Below, one piece after another: positions 29,314-41,900 of a stretch of 64,000 nucleotides of DNA. The position numbers and the translations under genes were made by a program. The DNA is from an uncultured Chitinophagaceae bacterium. Its GTDB lineage: Bacteria > Bacteroidota > Bacteroidia > Chitinophagales > Chitinophagaceae. The DNA is taken from contig CAVZHZ010000010.1 of assembly GCA_963775145.1 (NCBI GenBank), forward strand, positions 450,321 through 514,320, in the 5' to 3' direction. Each line of letters opens with the position of its first letter. Position 1 is the stretch's first letter. The notes beneath the pieces are model-generated. The model did not search any database, had not been told where the DNA came from, and saw nothing but the letters and a program-made list of their open reading frames with translations.

Positions 29314-30498
29314 ATGCAAAAAAAGCAATTAATAATGACTGATTGGTTTTACCCTGGCTATAAGGCCGGTGGAACAATCAGTACCTGTTATAACCTTGCC
29401 ATGTTATTGAAAAGTGATTACAAGATTTACATCATGACCTCAGACAGGGATTTGGATGAGCAAGAACCTTATGAAAATGTTACCATCAACCAGTGGATTA
29501 ATTATTGCGAAAATGTCCAAATTTTTTATGCTAGCCCTTCGAAATTAAATTGGATTAATATTATCAGGGAAATCAAAAATTTATCTCCAGACTGTATTTA
29601 CCTAAACAGTATGTACTCTTTATATTTCACTATTTATCCTTTGTTGATGAAAAGGATAAATTTAATAAATATTCCAATAGTTTTATCTCCAAGTGGGATG
29701 CTAAAAGAAAGTGCTTTAAAGTTGAAATCATTTAAGAAGAAATGCTTTTTAACAGGTTTAAATATTATTAAGATTCAACAGGTGGTAGATTTTCAGGCTG
29801 CCGATTCCCAGGAAAGAATGGATATAATCAAAGCTTTTGGGGAAAAAGCGTTGGTTAGCCTGGTCCCTTATGCACCCCCTCCCCTGATAGACAAAATTAT
29901 TTGCCCTGTTAAAACAAAAGGAAGCTTAAAGCTTCTATTTACAGGAAGGATTCATCCAATTAAGAATTTATATTTTTTAATTGAATGTTTAATAACAGTT
30001 ATTCATAAAGTTGAATTAACTATTGTTGGTCCGGTTGGTGATAAGGGCTACTATAATAAATGCAGAAAACTGGAGGCCTATTTGCCAACAAATATTAAAC
30101 TGATATTTACCGGGGGAGTTTCAAAAGAGAAAATTCCATTTTATCTTAATGAAAATCATTTTCTCGCCCTTCCATCATTAGGCGAAAATTTTAGCTATTC
30201 AATTGTTGAAGCATTAAGTTTCAGCAGACCGGTGATCATATCCGATAATACACCATGGAAGAATTTGGCACAGCAAAAAGTTGGATGGGATTTACCTATA
30301 AATGAATGCAAAAGATTCATAGAAGCGATAAATGCGGCAGCTGAAATGGATCAGGATGAGTATAACAAATGGTCAGATGCCGCCAGGAGTTTTGCGCGCT
30401 GTTATCTGGATAGCGCTACTTTCAAAAACCCATATAAAAAGTTATTTGGAAATATTAATCAAAAGCAGCATAAGGATTTTAAATTTATCTCTGATTGA
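29314..30498 (+). CDS. Glycosyltransferase family 4 (low GC)
   Basis: WFYPGYKAGG N-terminus, GRIHPIKN and ENFSYSIVEAL (ExF-x7-E); 16/60 G+C at 29641-29700. Confidence 0.88.
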   Translation: MQKKQLIMTDWFYPGYKAGGTISTCYNLAMLLKSDYKIYIMTSDRDLDEQEPYENVTINQWINYCENVQIFYASPSKLNWINIIREIKNLSPDCIYLNSMYSLYFTIYPLLMKRINLINIPIVLSPSGMLKESALKLKSFKKKCFLTGLNIIKIQQVVDFQAADSQERMDIIKAFGEKALVSLVPYAPPPLIDKIICPVKTKGSLKLLFTGRIHPIKNLYFLIECLITVIHKVELTIVGPVGDKGYYNKCRKLEAYLPTNIKLIFTGGVSKEKIPFYLNENHFLALPSLGENFSYSIVEALSFSRPVIISDNTPWKNLAQQKVGWDLPINECKRFIEAINAAAEMDQDEYNKWSDAARSFARCYLDSATFKNPYKKLFGNINQKQHKDFKFISD

Positions 30499-30682
30499 AT
30501 TGGCAATACCTTCATTTAATCTTGAATTCTAGCCTAATTATTAGGTACGAAGACAGAGGGTTATGCCCCCCAAATAGCACAAGTAGCCGATACCGGGAAA
30601 TGGTAATTCAAAAAATCAAAAACCGGGCGCACGCATTCCCGCCGAGAGATGTAACTACTTTATGATAATAACGATTTTGGCG

Positions 30683-30909
30683 GGTCTCTCATCTTTTAAA
30701 ATCTTAAACCAAACAAAATTATAGATGCGACTGTTGAGGGAGTATATTCATCCTTGAATAGTTCGTCCTAAAAGTATTGCCCCATAATTCCTGGCGGCCT
30801 AAGACTAATTAGAGCATTCTTCAGCACAGGAAAATACTCAAACTCAATCTGCAATTAATTAGCAAGCTTAATCAGGTCTTTCATAAAACGGGGAGGGAAT
30901 TGTACAGTT
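30683..30909. repeat. Copy B of the ~230-bp diverged direct repeat
   Basis: Collinear with 28617-28846. Confidence 0.75.
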
Positions 30910-31118
30910 CTGAGAGCTGAAGCCTCTTATGAAAGTAAGTGGCATTTTTGTTTGCGGCAGATAGACCGGAGAATTCATAAAAAGTCAAAAGGGAAAAATA
31001 TTTTAAGGCCTGGTGTGCGATCAAAATTGCTATCGGGTCTTTTAGGTTAGAATAATAGCCTGCCAGGGAATATTAGTTCGCATCCTAGGATGGCTGCACT
31101 TTTTATATCTTTCTTTTT

Positions 31119-32423
31119 TCAGATATCTATTTTCTTCATTTTAGGTACCAACCGGTGCATAATCAACCACGCGGTTAAATAAGCAACACTACAAATAATG
31201 AACATAATTAAATAACCAGCCTGGGGATCACCGGTTTCCTTGTAATGATCAAATAATTTACCAGCACCTCTTGCAATTAATATACCGCCCAATGCGCCAA
31301 ACATGCCGCCAATACCAGTTACGGAGGCTGTAGAGTTTTTGGGAAACATATCGCTAACCGTAGTATAAATATTAGCACTCCACGCAGCATGGGCAGCCAT
31401 AGCCAGGCCAATAATTAATATGGCAAACCACATATTGATGCTGCCCAAATATTGCGCTGATAAAACTGGTAACGCAAAAAAAGCATAAATGAGCATGGAT
31501 GTTTTTCTTGAACGAAAAACCGGCCAGCCTTTTTTGATGAACCACATGGGTAACCAGCCGCCAAATATACTGCCGGCTGCAGATATGGTATAAGCTAACG
31601 CCAGTGGTAATGCGATATCTGTTTTTGACAAGCCGTATTGTTTGTCTAAAAAATCGGGTAACCAAAAAAGATAAAACCACCATACCGGGTCGGTTAATAA
31701 TTTGCCAATTGCATACGCCCAGGTTTGCCTATAGCTTAACAATTTGCCCCATGATATTTTTTTTACCAACCCATCAGCATCCTTTTCCTCCTCCGGATCA
31801 CTATGTATAAAATCAAATTCTTTAGCGGATAATTTTTTTTGCTTTCCCGGAACTTCATACAAAATAAACCAAAAAATCAGCCAGATAAAACCAATCGCCC
31901 CTGTTATGATAAAAGCCCATTGCCAACCCCATAATTGGGCAATAAAGGGAACTGTTAGAGGGGCTAATATAGCCCCGATATTAGCCCCAGAATTAAAAAT
32001 GCCGGTTGCAAGCGCTCTTTCTTTTTTAGGGAACCATTCAGCAACCGCTTTGATAGCAGCGGGAAAGTTGCCTGCTTCTGTAAAGCCCAATGCACCGCGC
32101 GCAAAAAAGAAACCCATAGTGGAAGTGGCCAGTGCATGACTTATTGCAGCCAAACTCCACAATGCAGTGGCCAGACCGTATCCAATCTTTGTTCCGAGTT
32201 TATCTATTAACCTACCAGCCCCTAAAAAACCAATGGCATAACAGACCTGGAAAGCAATTACAATATTTGCATAGTCAGACTCTGACCAGCTAAACTCTTT
32301 TGATAAAGTTGATTTCAACAAACTGATTACTGCCCGATCAAGATAATTGATAGTAGTGGCAAAAAATACCAATCCGCAAATCGTCCACCTGTATTTTCCC
32401 ATTGCTTGGTGCGACATACTCAT
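31119..32423 (-). CDS. MFS transporter, ExuT (hexuronate)-like ACS family
   Basis: TINYLDR, EAGNFPAAIKAVAEWFPKKERALATGIFNSG and DPVWWFYLFWLP; probable start MSMSHQ at 32423. Confidence 0.88.
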   Translation of the reverse strand: MSMSHQAMGKYRWTICGLVFFATTINYLDRAVISLLKSTLSKEFSWSESDYANIVIAFQVCYAIGFLGAGRLIDKLGTKIGYGLATALWSLAAISHALATSTMGFFFARGALGFTEAGNFPAAIKAVAEWFPKKERALATGIFNSGANIGAILAPLTVPFIAQLWGWQWAFIITGAIGFIWLIFWFILYEVPGKQKKLSAKEFDFIHSDPEEEKDADGLVKKISWGKLLSYRQTWAYAIGKLLTDPVWWFYLFWLPDFLDKQYGLSKTDIALPLALAYTISAAGSIFGGWLPMWFIKKGWPVFRSRKTSMLIYAFFALPVLSAQYLGSINMWFAILIIGLAMAAHAAWSANIYTTVSDMFPKNSTASVTGIGGMFGALGGILIARGAGKLFDHYKETGDPQAGYLIMFIICSVAYLTAWLIMHRLVPKMKKIDI

Positions 32424-32912
32424 TTTTTTTCTGAATGATTTTAATCCAAATTTTTTCTGTAGCACTGTTGCTCTTTTCCTAATTCTTTCCACCCATTATT
32501 CAATCTTGTTGAGATCGCATTCAATCTTTGTTAATAATACATTTTCTTCTTCCCAATAATATCTAATAAGATATAAAATATATTCTGAATAGATATTTAT
32601 ACCTTAAAATCATTTTTTATTTGGTTATCCAAACTATGTCAATTTTTGATTCCACTTGTCTGATACTATTTTTAAAATGGTCATACACTATCTGTTTAAT
32701 TTATTTTTTGTGAAGATCTATGCCTTGAGATAATTCGATAATAGATTTGCAACCGAAACCGGATCGTCGATGATGTGGCTAGAAAAATATATAAAGAACC
32801 GAAGGAAAGAAAGAACTACTTATTTCGAATGGTTCTATAACTATAGATAACTAATAACAACAATCAAACAGGAATTTCTATTTGATAATAATGGCAGAAT
32901 TCTTTACCAAAT

Positions 32913-32947
32913 AAAAAAGGCACGGCAGGTGATTACGCTGCCGTGCC
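32913..32947 (-). terminator. Intrinsic terminator after the 3106-aa gene
   Basis: GGCACGGCAG/CTGCCGTGCC stem followed by a T-run on the minus strand. Confidence 0.8.
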
Positions 32948-32982
32948 CGATCCAATGGGAGCTGTTATAAGACCGGTCGGGT

Positions 32983-35900
32983 CTATTCTTTGATGACTCT
33001 TCCGGTAAGCACCCCTCCCGGGTGTATGACCTGTATAAAATAAATGCCTTTGGCTGCGGAGCCCAGTTCTACGGGAGCCAGGTGGCGGCTGGCCGGGATA
33101 ACCAGTTCCTTCCTTTGTATGATGACTCCCCGGGCATCGGTAATCTTTATCATGGCCTTTCCGATCGATACCTTATCGAGCACCATGTTAAATAATCCGC
33201 TGCTGGGGTTGGGATATATTTCCAGCGTCGCGCCGGCGGTTGATATGGTTTTTTCGGCGGTGGGCTGCCACATGTTCTTGTTTCGGGTCATCAGTGGCGC
33301 GCCGCCCGCACAACCCACCGATTGGTTATTGCCGGCAAAAGCCACCAGGGGAATCACGGCCGCCGCCGGTCCTTTGATTTCCAGCAGGGCCGTACCGGCC
33401 GACATACCGGTCGGCACCGTCAATCCTTCCGTATAGGTACCGGCCGTAGTGGTCTGCTTGCGGTAATGATAGCCGGTATATATTCCGGTACTAAAATGGT
33501 ACAGACTTTCGGTAGCCGCATCCCGGTATAGCCGGGCCGATCCGTTGATCGCGCTCCAGTCGGAGGTGACCCCGAAAATAATACTGTTCGACCGGGTGGT
33601 GGTAATGCCCAGGCTGGGCAGTGTTTGTGAACTCACCGAAACCGCCGCTCCGCCCAGGGCCGGATCATAATTGGTGACGGCATATACGACCGCCGAGATC
33701 AGGTTAAAGGCCCAGGTGGAGGTGACCGTGATGGTGCCGCCGGCGGTAAATACGGCTGTATAAATTTCCGCATTACCGCTTCCGTTAGCCCCCGCATCGG
33801 CCCGTTTGGTCCAGGTAAGTGCCGGGGAACTGGTCACTGTGGCATTGGCGCCATCGCGGATATCATCGGCCTGCGCGATGGTTAACACCAGCAGGGCACC
33901 CGCCGGAACAGCCGTTAAACTATTGACGGCCGTATTATTGGTACCCAGCCGGGTGGTCGTGGAGAAAATAACCGGGCTGGCCCCGCCCGACGGAGCCGCA
34001 TTGACACTCACCTGTACGGTATCCTTTACCACCGCACTGCCATCTGTAACCGATAATTCAAACGTGTAGATCCCCTGGATCAGTCCGGTGACAGTGGTAG
34101 TAACCGCGGACGGACTGGTAATGACGGGCGTGTTCGGACCGGTGATCCGCGTCCAGGTATAACCGCTGATAGTGCCGGTGGAGCCATTGCCCTCCAGGCC
34201 CACCGAAGAAACCGGCAGGGTAATGATCCGGTCGCTGCCCGCATGGGCGGTAAGGGGAGAAGCCGGGGCATTTACATTGACCGTTACCCGGGAGGTACTG
34301 GCCCCGCTATTTAAAGATAGCTGGAATATATAGGTACCCGGTACCAAGCCGGTTACCGAAGTGGTCACCGCCGCCGGACTGGTTATAACCGGTACACTGG
34401 GGCCCGAAACGGTGGTCCAGGCATAACTGGTAATCGTTCCCGTGGAGCCACTGGCATCCAGGGTGACCGGTGGTAACGCATTGATGGTAACAGTGACATC
34501 CAGCCGGTTTACACTCTCACATCCTCCTATTGTCTGACTCGCATAATAATGATTACCGCTGACCAACGAGGTAGTGGATACTAAGGCCGTTCCGCCGGTG
34601 GCGGCCGCATACCATTTAATCCCCGATCCGGTGGCACTTAAATTAGCCACCGTAGCGGCGCTGCAGAAGCTTTGTGCGGTACTGCCCGTGGGGGCCGCGG
34701 GGGTATTGATAGCCACCGTCACATCCAACCGGGTGGTGCTTTCACACCCACTGATCGTTTGACCCGCGTAATAATGATTACCGCTGATAAGAGGTGTTGT
34801 ACTGAGTAATGCTGTTCCGCCTATGGCGGCCGTATACCATTGAATAGCCGTGCCGGTGGCTGTTAAGTTAGCCACCGTAGCCGTATTACAGAAACTCTGA
34901 CTGGCACTTCCACCCGGTGCGGCCGGGTTATTGATCGTAGCGGTCACATCCAGCCGGCTCGCACTCTCACATCCACTGATCGTTTGACCCGCGTAATAAT
35001 GATTACCGCTGATAAGAGGTGTTGTACTGAGTAATGCTGTTCCGCCTGTGGCGGCCGCATACCATTGAATAGCTGTGCCGGTGGCTGTTAAGTTAGCCAC
35101 CGTAGCCGCATTACAGAAACTTTGTGCGGTACTGCCCGCAGGGGCTGCGGCAGTCGTAATGGTAACGGTCACATCTAACCGGGTGGTACTCTCGCACCCG
35201 CCTATTGTCTGGCTGGCATAATAATGATTGCCGTTGATAAGCGGCGTGGTACCGGGTAACGGGGTTCCGCCCGTAGCCGTACTATACCACTTGATATTCG
35301 TTCCGGTAGCTGTTAAGTTAGCCACCGTAGCCGCATTACAGAAGCTTTGGGAGGCATTGCCGCCCGGAGCGCTGATGGCACTCGTGGTTATCGTCACGGT
35401 CACATCCAGCCGGGTGCTGCTCTCGCAAGGACCAATCGTCTGGCTCGCATAATAATGAGTGCCATTAATAAGAGGCGTGGTACCGGGTAACGGGGTTCCG
35501 CCCGTGGCGGCCGCGTACCATTGAATAGCCGTCCCGGTAGCTACCAGGCTGGCGACTGTGGAAGCATTGCAGAAGTTCTGCGCAGTATTGCCGGTGGGTG
35601 CAGCCACCGTATTAGTAGTGATGGTGACCGTTACATCCAGCCGGTTTACACTCTCACATCCTCCTATTGTCTGACTCGCATAATAATGATTGCCGCTGAT
35701 AAGAGGTGTGGTGCCGGGTAACGGTGTTCCGCCTGTAGCGGCACTATACCATTGAATGGCCGTGCCGGTGGCTGTTAGGTTGGCCACCGTAGCCGCATTG
35801 CAGAAGCTTTGTGCCGTATTGCCCGCAGGAGCCGCGGTAGTAGTGATGGTAACGGTCACATCCAGCCGGTTTACACTCTCACATCCTTCTATCGTCTGAC

Positions 35901-38900
35901 TCGCATAATAATGATTGCCGCTCACCAGAGGCGTGGTTCCGGGTAATGGCGTTCCGCCCGTAGCGGCCGCATACCATTGAATACCCGTGCCCGTCGCCGT
36001 TAAGTTGGCCACCGTAGCCGCTCCGCAGAAAATCTGGGAGGTACTGCCACCAGGAACAAGAGTGGTAGTGAAGGTTACGGTTACATCCAGGCGCGTGGTA
36101 CTTTCACATCCCCCTACGGTCTGGCTCGCGTAATAATGATTACCATCTACCAACGCATCGGTGGAAGATAAGGCACTACCGCCCGTAGCCACACTATACC
36201 ATTTGATATTCGTGCCCGTTGCCGTTAAATTGGCTACTGTGGCAGTTCCGCAAAAGCCCTGTGCGGTATTTCCGGTGGGAGCCCCGATGGGGTTAGTCGT
36301 TACCGTTACTGTAACATCCAGCCGGGTCGGACTCTCACATCCTCCTATTGTCTGACTCGCATAATAATGATTGCCGCTCACCAGAGGCGTGGTTCCGGGT
36401 AACGGCGTTCCGCCCGTAGCCGCCGCATACCATTGAATACCCGTGCCCGTCGCCGTTAAGTTGGCCACCGTAGCCGCATTGCAGAAACTTTGGGCCGCAT
36501 TGCCCGTGGGGGCCGTGGATACAAAAATAGTCCGGTTTCCCCCGGCATAGGCAATCAGCGGCGTCACTGCGGCGGCCGGCCCTTTGATTTCCAGCAGGGC
36601 CGTCCCGGCTTTCATCCCCGTGGGCACCGTCAATCCTTCCGTATATGTTCCAATAGTAGTGGTGGGTTTGCGGTAATAATAGGCCGCATAGGCCCCCGCT
36701 CCAAAATCATAGAACGATTCGGTTGCCCCATCGCGGTATACCCTCGAGGCCCCGTTGATCGCCGCATAATCGGACGTGACCCCTATGAGCAGACTATTGG
36801 ACTGCGTGGTGGTGATGGCCACGCTCGGGGACGTCTGTAAATTCACTACACTACTCGCTCCTATATAAGAAGCGGGGTCATAATTGGTAATTACATGCAC
36901 CACCGAGGACATCGCCCCGCTCACCCAGGCGCTGGTAACCGTGATACTGCCACCCGCCGGATAAACGGCCGTATAAATCTCGGCATTTCCCGACGTAGCT
37001 GCCTGCGCATCGGCCCGTTTGGTCCAGGTTAAGGCGGGACTGCTGGTGATGGTCGCATGCGGGGCCCCCAGATCATCAATATCATATTCCTGGGCCACTG
37101 ATAATACCAGCAGCGCCCCGGCCGGTACCCCGGTTAATATATTGACCGATGTGCCGTTTCGGGAGAACTGCGTATTCACCGCCGATACCACCGGGCTCGT
37201 ACCGCCCCCCGACACCGCCGCATTCACCGTAACCTGCACTGTATCTTTGGCTATCGTACTGCCATCGGTAACTATTAATTCAAATGTATATACTCCCTGC
37301 ACCAGGCCACTGGCCGTAGCCGTTACGGCCGTCGGAGTGGTAATCACGGGCGTATTGGGGCCGGTTATCCGCGTCCAGGTGTATCCGCTTATGGTACCCG
37401 AAGAACCATTACCGTCCAGGGTAACCGCCGACGTCGGTAAGGTGATCGTCCGGTCGTAGCCCGCATGGGATACCAGCGGCGAGGCCGGCGGATTTACATT
37501 CACCAGCACCTGCGAGGTACTCGCTCCCCCGTTTAAGGATAACTGGAAGACATACGTACCCTGTATCAATCCCGTCACCGTCGTGCTCACCGCCGACGGA
37601 CTGGTTATAACCGGTACATTCGGACCAGATACTCTCGTCCACGAATAACTGCTGATCGTGCCCGTCGATCCGCCCGCATCCAGCGTAATGACGGAAGAAG
37701 TATTAACGGTTACCGTCACATCCAGCCGGTTTACACTCTCACATCCGTTTATCGTCTGACTCGCATAATAATGATTGCCGCTCACCAGAGGCGTGGTTCC
37801 GGGTAATGGCGTTCCGCCCGTAGCGGCCGCATACCATTGAATACCCGTGCCCGTCGCCGTTAAGTTGGCCACCGTAGCCGCTCCGCAGAAAATCTGGGAG
37901 GTACTGCCACCAGGAACAAGAGTGGTAGTGAAGGTTACGGTTACATCCAGGCGCGTGGTACTTTCACATCCCCCTACGGTCTGGCTCGCGTAATAATGAT
38001 TACCATCTACCAACGCATCGGTGGAAGATAAGGCACTACCGCCCGTAGCCACACTATACCATTTGATATTCGTGCCCGTTGCCGTTAAATTGGCTACTGT
38101 GGCAGTTCCGCAAAAGCCCTGTGCGGTATTTCCGGTGGGAGCCCCGATGGGGTTAGTCGTTACCGTTACTGTAACATCCAGCCGGGTCGGACTCTCACAT
38201 CCTCCTATTGTCTGACTCGCATAATAATGATTGCCGCTCACCAGAGGCGTGGTTCCGGGTAACGGCGTTCCGCCCGTAGCCGCCGCATACCATTGAATAC
38301 CCGTGCCCGTCGCCGTTAAGTTGGCCACCGTAGCCGCATTGCAGAAACTTTGGGCCGCATTGCCCGTGGGGGCCGTGGATACAAAAATAGTCCGGTTTCC
38401 CCCGGCATAGGCAATCAGCGGCGTCACTGCGGCGGCCGGCCCTTTGATTTCCAGCAGGGCCGTCCCGGCTTTCATCCCCGTGGGCACCGTCAATCCTTCC
38501 GTATATGTTCCAATAGTAGTGGTGGGTTTGCGGTAATAATAGGCCGCATAGGCCCCCGCTCCAAAATCATAGAACGATTCGGTTGCCCCATCGCGGTATA
38601 CCCTCGAGGCCCCGTTGATCGCCGCATAATCGGACGTGACCCCTATGAGCAGACTATTGGACTGCGTGGTGGTGATGGCCACGCTCGGGGACGTCTGTAA
38701 ATTCACTACACTACTCGCTCCTATATAAGAAGCGGGGTCATAATTGGTAATTACATGCACCACCGAGGACATCGCCCCGCTCACCCAGGCGCTGGTAACC
38801 GTGATACTGCCACCCGCCGGATAAACGGCCGTATAAATCTCGGCATTTCCCGACGTAGCTGCCTGCGCATCGGCCCGTTTGGTCCAGGTTAAGGCGGGAC

Positions 38901-41900
38901 TGCTGGTGATGGTCGCATGCGGGGCCCCCAGATCATCAATATCATATTCCTGGGCCACTGATAATACCAGCAGCGCCCCGGCCGGTACCCCGGTTAACAT
39001 ATTGACCGATGTGCCGTTTCGGGAGAACTGCGTATTCACCGCCGATACCACCGGGCTCGTACCGCCCCCCGACACCGCCGCATTCACCGTAACCTGCACT
39101 GTATCTTTGGCTATCGTACTGCCATCGGTAACTATTAATTCAAATGTATATACTCCCTGCACCAGGCCACTGGCCGTAGCCGTTACGGCCGTCGGAGTGG
39201 TAATCACGGGCGTATTGGGGCCGGTTATCCGCGTCCAGGTGTATCCGCTTATAGTACCCGAAGAACCATTACCGTCCAGGGTAACCGCCGACGTCGGTAA
39301 GGTGATCGTCCGGTCGTAGCCCGCATGGGATACCAGCGGCGAGGCCGGCGGATTTACATTCACCAGCACCTGCGAGGTACTCGCTCCCCCGTTTAAGGAT
39401 AACTGGAAGACATACGTACCCTGTATCAATCCCGTCACCGTCGTGCTCACCGCCGACGGACTGGTTATAACCGGTACATTCGGACCAGATACTCTCGTCC
39501 ACGAATAACTGCTGATCGTGCCCGTCGATCCGCCCGCATCCAGCGTAATGACGGAAGAAGTATTAACGGTTACCGTCACATCCAGCCGGTTTACACTCTC
39601 ACATCCGTTTATCGTCTGACTCGCATAATAATGATTGCCGCTCACCAGAGGCGTGGTTCCGGGTAACGGCGTTCCGCCCGTAGCCGCCGCATACCATTGA
39701 ATACCCGTGCCCGTCGCCGTTAAGTTGGCCACCGTCGGTGTACTGCAAAAACTTTGGGTGGCTATCCCGGTGGGCGCTGCCGGAGCTGCCGTCACCGTTA
39801 GAATTGCCGCATTCGAATTGGCGGGGCCGAAGCCATTGGTCCATACCGCCCGGTATTGATTGCCATTCGCACTGAAGGCCGGAGTTATTTGTAACGAAGC
39901 ATTGGTAGCCCCGGCAATATCATTCCAGCTAGTTCCATTATTGGTACTCACCTGCCATTGCACCGGGGGAACCGGCGAATCACTCACCGCGGAAGTAAAG
40001 GTTACCGCCGCCCCTTCGCAGGTGGCCTGCGATAATGGGTGCGTCGTGATCACCGGCGGGGCCGTTGAACAGGCCGGAAAGATCTTGGCAGAATCCATTC
40101 CCACCAGGCCGTAGGCATCCGTCACCGTCAGGGTGATGATATAATAATACGTATCCCCATTACACCCGATCCGCGCAATGGTGGCCGACGTAATTTTGTT
40201 GGTATCCACCGCTTCCCGGTGCTCATGCGTATTATGCCGCAATATGGTTTGCCACGCATACTTCAGCGTGGAGCCCGCCTGGTCATCGCTCACATTGGCC
40301 GTAAGCTGGTAGGTGGTATCCGGGCCCGGAATATACTGGGTATTATTCACCGGGCTGGTTATCGCTACCACCGGCGGCGTATTGTTGACTGATATTATTT
40401 TTGTTGCTACCCCCGATCCGCCCTGGTTATCCGTTACCGTTAGGGTGACCGTATAGGATCCCGGGGTTGTGTTCCCTCCCGTTCCAAAGGAATGTGATGG
40501 ATTGATAGCCGTACTGGTCGTCCCGTCGCCGAAGTTCCATAAATACGTTAGCGGGTTATTGTCCGGATCGGAGGAGCCGCTCCCCGTAAAAGAAACCGTA
40601 TGCGGGGAAGGACCATAGGGAGTTGAGGAGCCGATCACCGCGGTGGGGGCCCGGTTCCCTCCATAATTGATCCGGATTATACTGTTGTTGACGTAATTGA
40701 CGTAGTATATCAACGAATCCTTCGGGCTTTGCACCATGCAGAGAGGAGCCCCCATATTACTGGCAAAACCCTCCACGGCACTGATCTGATCGGACACCGG
40801 TACGGTAATGTTTTTTATCCATCCGGCCACATAATCACCGATAAAGTACGTGCCGTCATATTTAGTCCCGTATCTGGTGCCCTTGTACCAAACGGCTCCC
40901 CCCGCACAATTTCCATAAAACGGAGTGCCCGTTACCCCCGATTGAGGCGTACCGATGGAGGCCGTGGTTGGATTGTTGCCCGTAAAAGTGCCTACCAGGG
41001 TTTCCGTGCCCGCCCCCGCATGCAGCCAGGCCATGGTCGGACGTTTATGAATAAAACGGTTACTGTTTCCGTAGACCACATTGACCGTTCCATTACAGGG
41101 ATTGGGAAGAAAGCGGTTATTATCCGCCGTGGGTTGCTTCAGCAGGTTCCCAAAAGTAAAATATCGCTGCGTGCACCCATTGATACCAAATAAAGGATTC
41201 AGTTCATCCTGGTTATAGTTCAGGTTAACCGGATAGTTTTCCGTCGCCGTGAACCCTTCATAGATCGGCCATCCGGCATTAACGCCCGGTTCATTTATGA
41301 TCGTAAGTTCTTCCCATTTATTCCATCCCACGTCGCCCACGAAAATCTCACCCAGGTCCCCAATGGCCGGGTTGGTGGAGCCGGATCCCGGCTTGCGGAT
41401 AAACCGGAAGGGATTGCGGAAGCCCATCGCCCATACCCTCGATTTGGCTGACCGGGGCTGGCCCGCATCATAATACGGATTACTGGACACCCCATTGCCC
41501 GTGGCAGGATCCAGCCGAAGTATTTTACCATTATGCGAGTTTAGCAGTTGCGAACGGAAGGCCCCTACATTTTCTTCCGGCCGGATAATCCCGTCGGCCA
41601 GCGCCTGGATCCAGTGAGTTCCGGCATTACTGCCCGTATCGATGCCATCGTAAGAAGCGGCGTCTCCGGCTGAGGCCAGCAGCGTGCCGTCATCAGCAAA
41701 CGCCAGGCTGCCCACCCCATGCGAATCGTGCAGCATCGGGATACCGGTCGATTTGGTCTCCCCCAATAAAACCAGCCGGCTGGCCGGATTGGCTATTGTT
41801 TCCTGGCTCCCATTAATAAAAGTGGTATAACGTGTGATCCGGCCAATGGTAGCATTGTTATATTCATTGGCAACCGGATTATACTGACCGGTTCCGAAAT

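Noticed and set aside
34500-36500. Regularly spaced ~230-bp repeats that superficially resemble a CRISPR or DGR array
   Set aside because: They are in-frame Ig_7-like coding repeats with no constant repeat/unique spacer structure. No cas or reverse-transcriptase gene is present, and I saw no adenine-specific variation.
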